From Bacteroidota bacterium (GTDB lineage Bacteria > Bacteroidota > Bacteroidia > Flavobacteriales > UBA7312), in NCBI GenBank assembly GCA_036340235.1, contig JAYYZE010000029.1, forward strand, positions 2,041 to 66,040: DNA of 64,000 nt. The letters run 5' to 3'. Positions 52,124 through 61,371 of this stretch are shown here, in pieces. The translations under genes were made by a program, and so were the position numbers. The notes under the pieces are model-generated. The model searched no databases. It had not been told where the DNA came from and saw nothing but the letters and a program-made list of their open reading frames with translations. Each line of letters opens with the position of its first letter. The first letter of the stretch is position 1.

Positions 52124-52298
52124 GTTGAATTAATTGCCACATTTTGCCCAAATTAGGATTTTCGGTCCCTCTGTAAACCTGGCCTGTTTCTTCATCAATA
52201 AGAATCCACTTTGAGGGGCATTTAGTTATAACTTTCAGTTCTATTGGCTGATTCAATTCTTTGACTTCAACCTTGTTTATGATTCTTGTTTTTTTCAT
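52113..52298 (-). CDS. Small hypothetical protein (61 aa)
   Basis: MKKTRIINKVEVKELNQPIELKVITKCPSKWILIDEETGQVYRGT...; ATG start with an AT-rich leader; protein-like composition. Confidence 0.6.
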   Translation of the reverse strand: MKKTRIINKVEVKELNQPIELKVITKCPSKWILIDEETGQVYRGTENPNLGKMWQLIQPTK

Positions 52299-52461
52299 TT
52301 TGAATAATAGTTTCAATTTTTCTTATGTCGTCAAGCAAAGTATTCATTTTTGGCATCGGAAAGACTTATAAATACTTCAATTTTTTATAAAAAAATGTAA
52401 GTTTTTCATCAATTTCTGTCAACACATCCATTCCTGATGCAGTTATCAAAACATCAATAAA
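52267..52461 (-). pseudogene. Possible 3' remnant of a MarR-family regulator
   Basis: Startless frame IDVLITASGMDVLTEIDEKL...YL*...KMNTLLDDIRK, resembling the MarR wing strand plus dimerisation helices; one in-frame stop; the HTH part is missing. Confidence 0.45.
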
Positions 52462-52481
52462 TATTTCATATCCTATTTACT

Positions 52482-52510
52482 AAAAAAAGTCCCAAGCGAG
52501 ACTTTTTTTT
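52482..52510 (-). terminator. Intrinsic terminator after purC
   Basis: Minus strand AAAAAAAAGTCTC-GCTT-GGGACTTTTTTT right after the purC stop. Confidence 0.8.
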
Positions 52511-53453
52511 ATTTCAAATAACTTAGAATATTCATTTCAACCCTTGAGAGGACATCATTAACATCCTCTTTGACAAATGCATCGCCGGTAATATGCTCAA
52601 ACAATTCAATGTATCTTTCAGAAACTGATTGACAAAATTCTAGACTCATTTCAGGGATGCTTTGACCATCCTTTCCTTGAAATCCATTTTCAATAAGCCA
52701 CTGCCTTACGAACTCCTTGGAAAGTTGTTTTTGAGGTAAACCAGCATTAAGTTTTTCCTCATAGCCTTCCATGTAAAAATACCTTGACGAATCTGGTGTA
52801 TGAATTTCATCAATAAGCGTTATTACGCCATTTTCATCTTTACCAAATTCGTATTTGGTGTCTACTAAAATAAGTCCTTTTTCGTTTGCCATTTGAGTAC
52901 CTCTTTCAAAAAGAGCTCTGGTGTATTTTTCTAATTGTATGTATTCAGCTTCTGAAACCAACCCTTGAGCTAAGATGTCTTCTTTTGAAATATCTTCATC
53001 ATGGCCAACTTCGGCTTTGGTAGTTGGAGTAATTATAGGCTGGTCAAATTTTTGGTTTTCAAGCATGCCATCAGGCATTGAAACACCACATAAGCTTCTT
53101 TTACCATCTCTATACTCTCGCCAGGCATGTCCAGTCAAATACCCTCTGATTACCATTTCAACCATGTATGGCTGACATTTTTTACCAACAGTTACCGATG
53201 GATCAGGACTGGCAACTTTCCAATTAGGAACTATATCAGAAGTAGCATCCAAAAATTTAGCAGCTATTTGATTCAACACTTGTCCCTTGTAAGGAATACC
53301 TTGCGGTAATACGTGATCAAAAGCTGATATCCTATCTGAAGCAACCATCACTAATTGATGTTCGCCAATTGAATAAACATCCCTTACTTTTCCTTTGTAA
53401 AGATATGTTTGATTTGGAAAATTAAAATTGGTTTCAATTATTACATTACTCAT
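52509..53453 (-). CDS. purC: SAICAR synthetase
   Basis: [54 protein letters not shown]. Confidence 0.97.
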   Translation of the reverse strand: MSNVIIETNFNFPNQTYLYKGKVRDVYSIGEHQLVMVASDRISAFDHVLPQGIPYKGQVLNQIAAKFLDATSDIVPNWKVASPDPSVTVGKKCQPYMVEMVIRGYLTGHAWREYRDGKRSLCGVSMPDGMLENQKFDQPIITPTTKAEVGHDEDISKEDILAQGLVSEAEYIQLEKYTRALFERGTQMANEKGLILVDTKYEFGKDENGVITLIDEIHTPDSSRYFYMEGYEEKLNAGLPQKQLSKEFVRQWLIENGFQGKDGQSIPEMSLEFCQSVSERYIELFEHITGDAFVKEDVNDVLSRVEMNILSYLK

Positions 53454-54390
53454 TATTATTATCGTTTTGTTTATAAGCCTTTATTATTTTTCGTACTAAC
53501 TCATGTCTTATCACGTCTTTATCGTCTAGTTTTATAATCTCAATGCCCTTGACTCCTTTCAAAACTGCCAAGGCGTGCAACAAGCCGGACGGTTGTTTAT
53601 TTGGAAGATCAACCTGTGTTTTATCTCCTGTAATAATAAATTTAGCAGATTTACCCATTCTTGTCAAAAACATTTTCATTTGCTGTCGCGTAGCATTTTG
53701 AGATTCATCCAATATAACAAATGCCTTATCAAGGGTGCGCCCTCTCATGAACGCTAGCGGAGCTATTTCAATGACTTTATTTTCTATGTGTTCTTTGAGT
53801 TTTTCAGCTGGTATCATATCCCTTAGAGCATCATACAATGGCTGTAAATACGGATCAATTTTTTCTTTTAAATCGCCTGGCAAAAATCCTAAATTCTCTC
53901 CAGCCTCTACGGCAGGTCTAGATAGTATAATACGCTTTACCTCCTTGTTTTTGAGCGCTTTCACTGCAATAGCTACAGCAGTGTATGTTTTACCTGTGCC
54001 GGCAGGACCCACTGCGAATAACATGTCGTTTTTTAGTGCAGCATCTACCATTTTACGTTGATTGGCTGTTTGTGCTTTGATACTTTTTCCACTTGTACCA
54101 TGCACTAACACATCATCATTTCCTTCCAAAACAAGCTTATGATTAAGTATAATTCGTTCGATGTTACTATTTGTAAGACGTTGATATTTGATAAAATGGG
54201 CAAGCATGTTTTTAAACTTTAATTCGAAATTGTCAATATCAGCATTCTCTCCTATCACTTTAAGAGAATTTCCACGTGCAACAACTTTTATTTTCGTAAA
54301 AAAACTTAATATAAAAGCAAGCTTTTTATTATTGGTACCATAAATATCAATGGGGTTGACGCCACCTAATTCAATTACTTTTTCGCCCAT
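53446..54390 (-). CDS. phoH: PhoH family ATPase
   Basis: [45 protein letters not shown]. Confidence 0.95.
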   Translation of the reverse strand: MGEKVIELGGVNPIDIYGTNNKKLAFILSFFTKIKVVARGNSLKVIGENADIDNFELKFKNMLAHFIKYQRLTNSNIERIILNHKLVLEGNDDVLVHGTSGKSIKAQTANQRKMVDAALKNDMLFAVGPAGTGKTYTAVAIAVKALKNKEVKRIILSRPAVEAGENLGFLPGDLKEKIDPYLQPLYDALRDMIPAEKLKEHIENKVIEIAPLAFMRGRTLDKAFVILDESQNATRQQMKMFLTRMGKSAKFIITGDKTQVDLPNKQPSGLLHALAVLKGVKGIEIIKLDDKDVIRHELVRKIIKAYKQNDNNNE

Positions 54391-54422
54391 CAATTTAAAT
54401 TACGAATCATCAAAATATTACT

Positions 54423-54444
54423 TACTTTTGAGCTGACAAAAATA
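54423..54444. promoter_or_regulatory. Face-to-face -7 boxes (candidate bidirectional promoter) for phoH and the DUF62 gene
   Basis: TACTTTTG (+, 54423-54430)-N6-CAAAAATA (TATTTTTG on -, 54437-54444). Confidence 0.65.
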
Positions 54445-54485
54445 ACAACATTTGCTAGATTTTTCACTAATAATTCTTCAATTTT

Positions 54486-55274
54486 ATGTCAATCATTACA
54501 CTCACAACTGATTTAGGTTTAACAGATCATTATGTAAGTGCTATAAAGGCCTCCATAATTAGGCAACTTGACAATGTAAAAATAGTGGATATTAGTCACC
54601 AAATACCCACTTTCAACATAGCTAGTGCGGCCTTTGTTATGAAAAATGTTTACAAAGAATTTCCACCTAAAACAATACATATAATAGGTGTCAATGACAT
54701 TGTCAATAGCGACAGGGGGCATCTTGTAGTTTATGCCGATGATCATTACTTTATTGCAGCCGATAATGGTATTTTTTCATTGTTGCTGGATGTTAAACCA
54801 GATAAGATTATTCAAATTACTGAATCTCATGAGTCTGACAATGAAAACTTTCCAATGAAGGATGTCTTCGTTAAAGCAGCCTGTCACTTAGCACGTGGTG
54901 GAACCATGGAACTCATTGGGTCAATTAAAGAGGATTTTTTTGAAAAACGCTCCAAGCTAAGTGCCTCAAATGACAAAGACACAATTCGCGGAGCAATCAC
55001 ACATATTGATCACTACGGAAATGTCATTGTAAATATTGAAAAACGTTTATTTTTAGATGTTGCCAAAAACAGACGTTATACAATTCATTTTGGAAGAAAT
55101 GAACATTATATTATTAATACGATTCAAAGAAAATTTAATGATGTGCCATTAGGCGATGCCGTGGCTTTATTTAACTCAACTGGACATTTGACTATTTCCA
55201 TGAACATGGGAAATGCCGCCTCATTAATGGGGCTTGATATTAACGATACTATCCGTGTTGAATTTCATGATTAA
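54486..55274 (+). CDS. DUF62 / SAM hydroxide adenosyltransferase (chlorinase/fluorinase superfamily) protein
   Basis: IITLTTDLG, VDISH, AADNG, DVFVKAACHL, IDHYGN, ALFNSTGHL. Confidence 0.88.
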   Translation: MSIITLTTDLGLTDHYVSAIKASIIRQLDNVKIVDISHQIPTFNIASAAFVMKNVYKEFPPKTIHIIGVNDIVNSDRGHLVVYADDHYFIAADNGIFSLLLDVKPDKIIQITESHESDNENFPMKDVFVKAACHLARGGTMELIGSIKEDFFEKRSKLSASNDKDTIRGAITHIDHYGNVIVNIEKRLFLDVAKNRRYTIHFGRNEHYIINTIQRKFNDVPLGDAVALFNSTGHLTISMNMGNAASLMGLDINDTIRVEFHD

Positions 55275-55554
55275 ACGCATAGTTAAGCTAGAAATAGACC
55301 CCATGAAAAGAGACGAATTCATACGTCTTTTTGAAAAAATTAACAAACAAATTGTTGACTTTGATGGATGTATCTCTGTTGATTTATTAGCAGACATTCA
55401 TGCCAATCAAATTTTTCTCACTTACAGCACTTGGTTGTCCAAAAAGCACCTTGATAAATACCGAAATTCAACATTTTTCAAAGAAAACTGGAAGAAAGTG
55501 AAGCCACTATTTGTTAACAAACCTCTCGCTTGGAGCGTGAGAGAGATTTTATAA
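55267..55554 (+). CDS. Antibiotic biosynthesis monooxygenase (ABM) domain protein
   Basis: MIKRIVKL, FDGC, FLTYSTW, YRNS.FF...W, PLAWS. Confidence 0.85.
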   Translation: MIKRIVKLEIDPMKRDEFIRLFEKINKQIVDFDGCISVDLLADIHANQIFLTYSTWLSKKHLDKYRNSTFFKENWKKVKPLFVNKPLAWSVREIL

Positions 55555-55559
55555 ATTTG
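55552..55559 (+). promoter_or_regulatory. -7 box immediately before gldF (likely leaderless)
   Basis: TAAATTTG ending 4 nt before ATG 55564. Confidence 0.55.
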
Positions 55560-55563
55560 TCAA

Positions 55564-56289
55564 ATGTTACCACTCATAAAAAAAGAAATCACTTCGTTTT
55601 TTAGTCATCCTTCAGGAACAATTATTATTTTGTCTTTTCTTTTTGCAAATGGCGGTTTAATGTGGTTATACCCAAGCGATTTAAACATCATAGATTCTGG
55701 TTTCGCCCAAATGGATGGTCTTTTTACTCTATCTCCATTTCTTTTTGTAGTTTTTATTCCAGCATTGTGCATGCGCTTGTTTTCTGATGATTACAAAGAT
55801 GGGACAATTGAAATCTTAAAAACCTTACCCATTTCTACACAAAAAATGGTGTTAGCAAAGTATCTTTCAGCTGTCGCAATTGTATTTTTTGCTATAGTCC
55901 CATCTATAATATATGTTGTTAGTATTTTCTTTTTATCAGATCCTTTAGGAAATATCGATATTGCTGGAACAATTAGCTCGTATCTTGGTCTTATTTTATT
56001 GTCTGCTATGTTTGTTTCTATAGGTCTTTTTGCATCATCTACAACAAGTAATCAAATAGTATCACTATTAATTGCCATACTTATTTGTTCAATGTTTTAT
56101 TTTGGGTTTGATCTTTTGGCAAGAGGATTTAGTCATGGTTTTGTTCAACTTTTTATTGAAAACATTGGTGCAGACTACCATTACCGTAGTCTAAGCAAAG
56201 GTGTGATTGACAGTAGAGATATCATTTATTTCGTATCGCTTATTGTCATTTTTTTGCAATCTACTATTTTTGTAATAAGAGAAAAATAA
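55564..56289 (+). CDS. gldF: Gliding motility ABC transporter permease GldF
   Basis: KKEITSFF, FIPALCMR, GTIEIL.TLP, GLFASS...NQI, HY.SLSKGVIDSRDIIYF. Confidence 0.93.
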   Translation: MLPLIKKEITSFFSHPSGTIIILSFLFANGGLMWLYPSDLNIIDSGFAQMDGLFTLSPFLFVVFIPALCMRLFSDDYKDGTIEILKTLPISTQKMVLAKYLSAVAIVFFAIVPSIIYVVSIFFLSDPLGNIDIAGTISSYLGLILLSAMFVSIGLFASSTTSNQIVSLLIAILICSMFYFGFDLLARGFSHGFVQLFIENIGADYHYRSLSKGVIDSRDIIYFVSLIVIFLQSTIFVIREK

Positions 56290-58014
56290 ATGAAAAAACA
56301 CCATAAAAAGAATCTTTTCATAAATATATTACTGATTATTTCAATTAATTTAACCGCTTATTTCTTCTACTTTCGATTTGATTTAACTGAAGAGAAAAAA
56401 TACTCCATAAATCCAACTACAAAGAAATTACTTACATCTTTAGATGACATCACCTACATCAAAGTATATTTAGATGGCGATTTGCCAGCTGGTTTTATCA
56501 GACTAAAAAACACTACTATAGATTTACTTGAAGAATACAGAAACCTAAGTCAGTTTATTGAATACGAATTTATCAATCCGAATGAATTAAACACCGACAC
56601 CGAAAAAAAACAGCTTTATAGAGAACTATCAGAAAACGGTTTAGAAGCTACCAATCTTCAAATCCAAGGTAAAAATAGTAATAGCGAACAACTTATTTTT
56701 CCAGGTGCAATAATTTTTTACAAAGGCAAAAGTATCTCTTTAAACCTTCTTCAAAACCAAATTGGTACTGACCCTCAAACGGTATTGAATAACTCCATAG
56801 AAAATGCCGAATTCGAATTTACAAATGCTCTGTTCAAACTGACCAAAGATTACAAACCAAAAATTGCTTTTCTACAAGGACACAATGAACTTGACGAACT
56901 ACAAACGGCCGATATACATCACTCTCTTGGGAATAATCGTGGCTCGTTGTCAGAATATTTTCAGGTAGAACACATCAACATTAGAGATTATGAAGTGTAT
57001 TCAAATCAAGGCCCTTCTCTTGAAAAGCAATTAAATCGATTAAATCGATACAAAGCATTGATAATTGCTAAACCTAGTCGTTCGTTTTCTGAAGTGGACA
57101 AATTTTTAATTGATCAATTCATAATGAATGGTGGCAAAACATTGTGGTTAATTGATGGTGTCGTAATGGATATGGACAGCTTAAAAGGTAAACGTTCATA
57201 CACCATGGCCATTCCAAATGATTTGAATCTATCAGATATGTTGTTCAGATACGGTGTTCGAATAAACTACGATTTGATAATGGATTTTCAATCTGATAAA
57301 ATCCCCGTTGTGGTTGGCTATCAAGGCGATATACCGCAGCAACAGCTACTGCCTTGGCTCTATTCTCCCATTGTTATTCCCAAAAATAAGCATACTATTG
57401 TAAAAAACATTGACGGCATAAAGAGTATGTTTGCTAGCTCAATGGATACCATTCGTGTAGCCAATGTCAAAAAAACACCACTGCTTTTTTCATCTCCATA
57501 CTCCAAACTCCCTAAAGCACCACACAGAGTAAGTTTAAATATTTTACAACAAGAACCCTCACTAGATCAGTACAATAATGGTAAAATCCCCTTAGCTTAT
57601 CTTCTCGAGGGAGAATTTGAATCAGTTTTTAAAAATAGACTTGCACCTTCAGGCGATAATTTTGCAGTAAAAACAAAGAGTAACAGTAACAAAATGATTG
57701 TAATTGGTGATGGTGACATTATTAAAAATCATGTCAATTCATCCAATCAAGCATATCCTTTAGGCTACAACCATTATAGCAAAACTCAATATAACGGCAA
57801 CAAACAGCTTATAATCAACGCATTAAATTACATGCTAGGAAATGAGGGATTGATAGATATTCGATCAAAAGAAATTAGCTTACGCTTATTGAATAAAAAA
57901 GAAGCTGTTGAAAACAAGTTAAGATGGCAATTGATAAATCTTATCATTCCTATTTTTTTAGTCAGTTTATCAATTACATTGATTTTACAAATTAGAAAAC
58001 GAAAATTTGGATGA
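56290..58014 (+). CDS. gldG: Gliding motility ABC transporter substrate-binding protein GldG
   Basis: RFDLTEEKKYS, VYLDGDLPAGF, IFPGA, GHNEL, DQFIMNGGK, LLEGEFESVF, IGDGD, C-terminal TM segment. Confidence 0.93.
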   Translation: MKKHHKKNLFINILLIISINLTAYFFYFRFDLTEEKKYSINPTTKKLLTSLDDITYIKVYLDGDLPAGFIRLKNTTIDLLEEYRNLSQFIEYEFINPNELNTDTEKKQLYRELSENGLEATNLQIQGKNSNSEQLIFPGAIIFYKGKSISLNLLQNQIGTDPQTVLNNSIENAEFEFTNALFKLTKDYKPKIAFLQGHNELDELQTADIHHSLGNNRGSLSEYFQVEHINIRDYEVYSNQGPSLEKQLNRLNRYKALIIAKPSRSFSEVDKFLIDQFIMNGGKTLWLIDGVVMDMDSLKGKRSYTMAIPNDLNLSDMLFRYGVRINYDLIMDFQSDKIPVVVGYQGDIPQQQLLPWLYSPIVIPKNKHTIVKNIDGIKSMFASSMDTIRVANVKKTPLLFSSPYSKLPKAPHRVSLNILQQEPSLDQYNNGKIPLAYLLEGEFESVFKNRLAPSGDNFAVKTKSNSNKMIVIGDGDIIKNHVNSSNQAYPLGYNHYSKTQYNGNKQLIINALNYMLGNEGLIDIRSKEISLRLLNKKEAVENKLRWQLINLIIPIFLVSLSITLILQIRKRKFG

Positions 58015-59009
58015 AAAAATTAGCCTTATTCTTTGGTTTTTTATTACTAATCTTCATTGCCACAAGGTATCAATCTAAAAAAAACACTTTTGACCAGGCA
58101 TTAAGTGATTTTTCTGTGGAAGACACAGCCTCCATTACCAAAGTATTTTTTGCTGATAAATACAACCATACGGTTACTCTTAACAAAGTTAAAAGCGAAT
58201 GGCTAGTGGAAGAAAAGTATCCCATACGAAAAGACGCTTTGAAATACCTGTTAAGTACAATCAAAAACTTAAGGGTAAAACATCCTGTAAGTAATAGTTT
58301 ACATGATAAAATCGTAAAGAACTTGGCCACCTCATCAGTCAAAGTAGAAATATTTACTAAAAACGAAAAAGAAGCATTTAAAACCTACTTCGTGGGTGGC
58401 GAGTCGAAGGACATGATTGGCAGCTACATGCTTATGGAAAATTCGAACAGGGCATTTGTTGTGTACTTACCTGGCTTTAATGGTTTTTTAGCACCCCGCT
58501 ACAATATAGACGGCACCGTCATAAGTTCTGATTTGTGGCGAGATAGAACAATATTTAGTATTTCCAATAACGAGCTAAAATCCGTCAAGGTTATCAATCA
58601 TGAAGATTCACTGTCATCCTTTCGAATAGAACGTGTGGCCAATCAATTTTTTCTTACAAAGAACAATGAAACAAAAAGCATCTCTGCCAAAAATGGAGTC
58701 AAATATTTCAATCTTTTCAAGCAAGTAAACTGTGAGGGCTTCATGAATGATTTTTCGCTCAAAGACTCTATACTCAACTCAAAACCATTTTACACCATTG
58801 AAGTTCAAAAAATCGATAATCAATCAGTTATTTTAAAATGTTATCACAAAGAACTTGACCGCATCAACTACAAAGAACTCAACGATAAAGAAGAAACCTA
58901 TGATACCGACAGACTATACGCTCAATTGAATGACGATTTCATTTTGATACAGTTCTATGTATTTGACAAAATCCTATTGAGAGCACCGAATTTTAGTGTT
59001 GAAAAGTAG
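58011..59009 (+). CDS. DUF4340-like protein associated with gldFG
   Basis: N-terminal TM segment, DFSVEDTASITKVF, YLPGFNGFLAPRY, WRDRTIF; between gldG and dnaN. Confidence 0.7.
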   Translation: MKKLALFFGFLLLIFIATRYQSKKNTFDQALSDFSVEDTASITKVFFADKYNHTVTLNKVKSEWLVEEKYPIRKDALKYLLSTIKNLRVKHPVSNSLHDKIVKNLATSSVKVEIFTKNEKEAFKTYFVGGESKDMIGSYMLMENSNRAFVVYLPGFNGFLAPRYNIDGTVISSDLWRDRTIFSISNNELKSVKVINHEDSLSSFRIERVANQFFLTKNNETKSISAKNGVKYFNLFKQVNCEGFMNDFSLKDSILNSKPFYTIEVQKIDNQSVILKCYHKELDRINYKELNDKEETYDTDRLYAQLNDDFILIQFYVFDKILLRAPNFSVEK

Positions 59010-59044
59010 TTAATAATTTACCCTTGCCAAGAAAGGAAATCAAT

Positions 59045-59052
59045 TATATTTG
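59045..59052 (+). promoter_or_regulatory. -7 box for dnaN
   Basis: TATATTTG, 29 nt upstream of the ATG. Confidence 0.7.
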
Positions 59053-59081
59053 CTCTCTTTAATGTTTTTTAAACACTGAAT

Positions 59082-60203
59082 ATGAAGTTTATTGTTTCAA
59101 GCGCCCAGCTGTTAAAACACTTACAAAGCATTAGTGGCGTATTAAATACCACCAACACCCTTCCGATTTTAGATAATTTTCTTTTTGAAATTTCTGATAA
59201 TACACTTACTATTTCTGCTTCAGATCTAGAAACAACAATGAAGACAAAGGTAAAGAACGCACAAGCCGATAACGACGGTCACATAGCAATACCTGCGAAA
59301 CTTCTCATTGACACCCTTAAAACATTTTCCGATCAACCACTCACTTTTTTGATTGACGAATCGTCATATGGCATTGAAATAAGCTCTGAAAATGGCAAGT
59401 TCAAACTTGCTGGCCAAAATGGTGCTGAGTTTCCAAGCTTACCATCTATGGATTCTTCGTCCCAAACAAGTATGCCTTCCCATGTGCTTTCATCGGCCAT
59501 CAACAAGACTCTTTTTGCAACTGGAAATGATGAATTAAGACCTATCATGTCAGGTGTGTTTTGTGAACTTTCTTCAGACGGATGTACTTTTGTTGCTACT
59601 GATGCCCATAAGCTTGTCAAATACAAGAGAGTCGATACAAAAGCTGAACAAACCGTATCTTTTATATTGCCAAAAAAACCATTAACCCTTCTAAAAAACA
59701 CTTTACTAAGTGAAGGACAAGTAATTATTGAATACAACGAAACCAATGCTTACTTCAAATTTGATGATATTGAACTTGTTTGTAGGCTGATTGATGGAAA
59801 ATATCCTAACTATGAAGCAGTTATTCCCAAAGAAAACCCTAACGTGTTGACCATTGACAGAATTGAGTTTTACAATTCCATTCGTAGAGTGGGTATTTTT
59901 GCTAGTAAATCGACTCATCAAATTCGCTTAAAAATCGCGGGTTCTGAATTACAAATTTCATCTGAAGATTTAGACTTTTCAAACGAAGCATTTGAACGCT
60001 TGAACTGTCAGTATGCTGGAGAGGATATTGAAATAGGCTTCAACTCCCGTTTCCTATTAGAGATGATAAGTAATCTTGAGTCAGAACAAGTCAATTTGGA
60101 AATGAGTTCCTCTAACAGGGCTGGTATAATTATTCCACAAGATGGTGTAGAGGAAAATGAAGAAATTCTCATGCTAGTCATGCCAGTAATGTTAAATCAA
60201 TAA
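59082..60203 (+). CDS. dnaN: DNA polymerase III beta sliding clamp
   Basis: MKFIVSS, LPILDNFLF, SDLET, VATDAHKL, GKYPNYEAVIP, IGFN, LVMPVML. Confidence 0.97.
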   Translation: MKFIVSSAQLLKHLQSISGVLNTTNTLPILDNFLFEISDNTLTISASDLETTMKTKVKNAQADNDGHIAIPAKLLIDTLKTFSDQPLTFLIDESSYGIEISSENGKFKLAGQNGAEFPSLPSMDSSSQTSMPSHVLSSAINKTLFATGNDELRPIMSGVFCELSSDGCTFVATDAHKLVKYKRVDTKAEQTVSFILPKKPLTLLKNTLLSEGQVIIEYNETNAYFKFDDIELVCRLIDGKYPNYEAVIPKENPNVLTIDRIEFYNSIRRVGIFASKSTHQIRLKIAGSELQISSEDLDFSNEAFERLNCQYAGEDIEIGFNSRFLLEMISNLESEQVNLEMSSSNRAGIIIPQDGVEENEEILMLVMPVMLNQ

Positions 60204-60236
60204 TTCTTAACTATATTAGCCAAAAAATACAGTAGT

Positions 60237-61124
60237 ATGAAAAAGATCATTCTTTTAATGCTGATTACCTACAGCACTCAAGTTTATTCTCAATTTGATA
60301 AAGGCCAATGGTACATTGGTGCCTCAACTAACAACATTAGCTTTAGTTCAAGTAGTAATTCTGAAAACAAATTAGATGTTGTCTTTACAGGATTTAGCGA
60401 TACCCTAGTCAACGAAACCGACAGCTTAAATCTAGCTTTTCTCTTTCCTTATTCCTACCAACTCGATCAAGATAAGCTGACCGAAGTCAATATAAATCTG
60501 AAAGGGGGTTATTTTATAGCAGATCAATTCATGTTAGGAATAGGTTTTGGGTTTGAAAATGAATCTAGCGTATTTAAAACCAATGCCGATTCAAAGTTAG
60601 AAAACGCTAGTTTAGCTGATAGTTTGATGGGTCTATGGTTTGAGGATTTACCAAACGTAAGTGAATATGGGCTTAACTACGAAAATCACTACAACGAGCT
60701 TTACTTCCTATTATATGCGTCAGCAGAGAACGACGTAACCATTTCCAAATCTATGATAAGTGTCGCCCCTTTCGCAAGGTATAACTTCAAACTTAGAAAA
60801 GGAAACGCTATTTATCTGGATGGTTCTTTTCGATATGCATTCGGTAACGAGGAAGCAAAGTCTGCACTCAGCTCAATATCAACAACTACTGATTACACCG
60901 CAACTACCATTAACTTTGGTTTAGGCTTCTGTGCTTTTTTAGCTGGAAATTTCACTCTAGAGCCTCAACTAAACTACTATTTAAACAACACTGAGATTAG
61001 CACAACAGAGGAAACGCCCCACCCTATTTTGAGCTATGCTGATATGGGAGAAAGAGAAACAAAGCGAATAACATCTGGTTCAGGTTTTAACTTTTCAGTT
61101 GGCTTTTCTTACTATTTTAAATAA
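60237..61124 (+). CDS. Outer membrane beta-barrel protein (small, OmpA-TM/porin-like)
   Basis: Signal peptide ending YSQ, FDKGQWYIG, GGYFIADQFMLG, VAPFARYNF, C-terminal FSVGFSYYF beta-signal. Confidence 0.8.
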   Translation: MKKIILLMLITYSTQVYSQFDKGQWYIGASTNNISFSSSSNSENKLDVVFTGFSDTLVNETDSLNLAFLFPYSYQLDQDKLTEVNINLKGGYFIADQFMLGIGFGFENESSVFKTNADSKLENASLADSLMGLWFEDLPNVSEYGLNYENHYNELYFLLYASAENDVTISKSMISVAPFARYNFKLRKGNAIYLDGSFRYAFGNEEAKSALSSISTTTDYTATTINFGLGFCAFLAGNFTLEPQLNYYLNNTEISTTEETPHPILSYADMGERETKRITSGSGFNFSVGFSYYFK

Positions 61125-61125
61125 A

Positions 61126-61371
61126 CTAGTTTACCTGCCATTGGCTCATATCAAGTTGGCCCGAATCTATACATGCAGAATACCTTCTCTTATCAGCATT
61201 AACTGAAAATGTTTCCAGCAAATCAATGTGCCTTAGGAAAAAGTCATTCATACTTTAAGGCAGAATAAACACCGCCATTTTATGTATTTTCTTATGAGCA
61301 AAAAAAAACCAATTACCTATGGCACTTAAGATATATAAAACAAAGATTGGTATGAGTAGTTTTTTAGACAT
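61126..61371 (-). pseudogene. 5' remnant of an S1/P1 nuclease / Zn-dependent phospholipase C family gene
   Basis: Hand translation from ATG 61371 (overlapping the comB end): MSKKLLIPIFVLYILSAIGNWFFFAHKKIHKMAVFILP*SMNDFFLRHIDLLETFSVNADKRRYS...*; matches the W-G-F-x-x-H...AVF.LP...DKRRY N-terminus of this family; internal stop, only 82 codons. Confidence 0.75.

Noticed and set aside
54486..55274. True fluorinase or chlorinase in a halometabolite cluster
   Set aside because: Halide-binding loop signatures are absent and the context is housekeeping (phoH, gldFG)
57031..57048. 9-bp tandem duplication TTAAATCGA x2 in gldG
   Set aside because: In-frame LNR-LNR micro-repeat, too short to be meaningful
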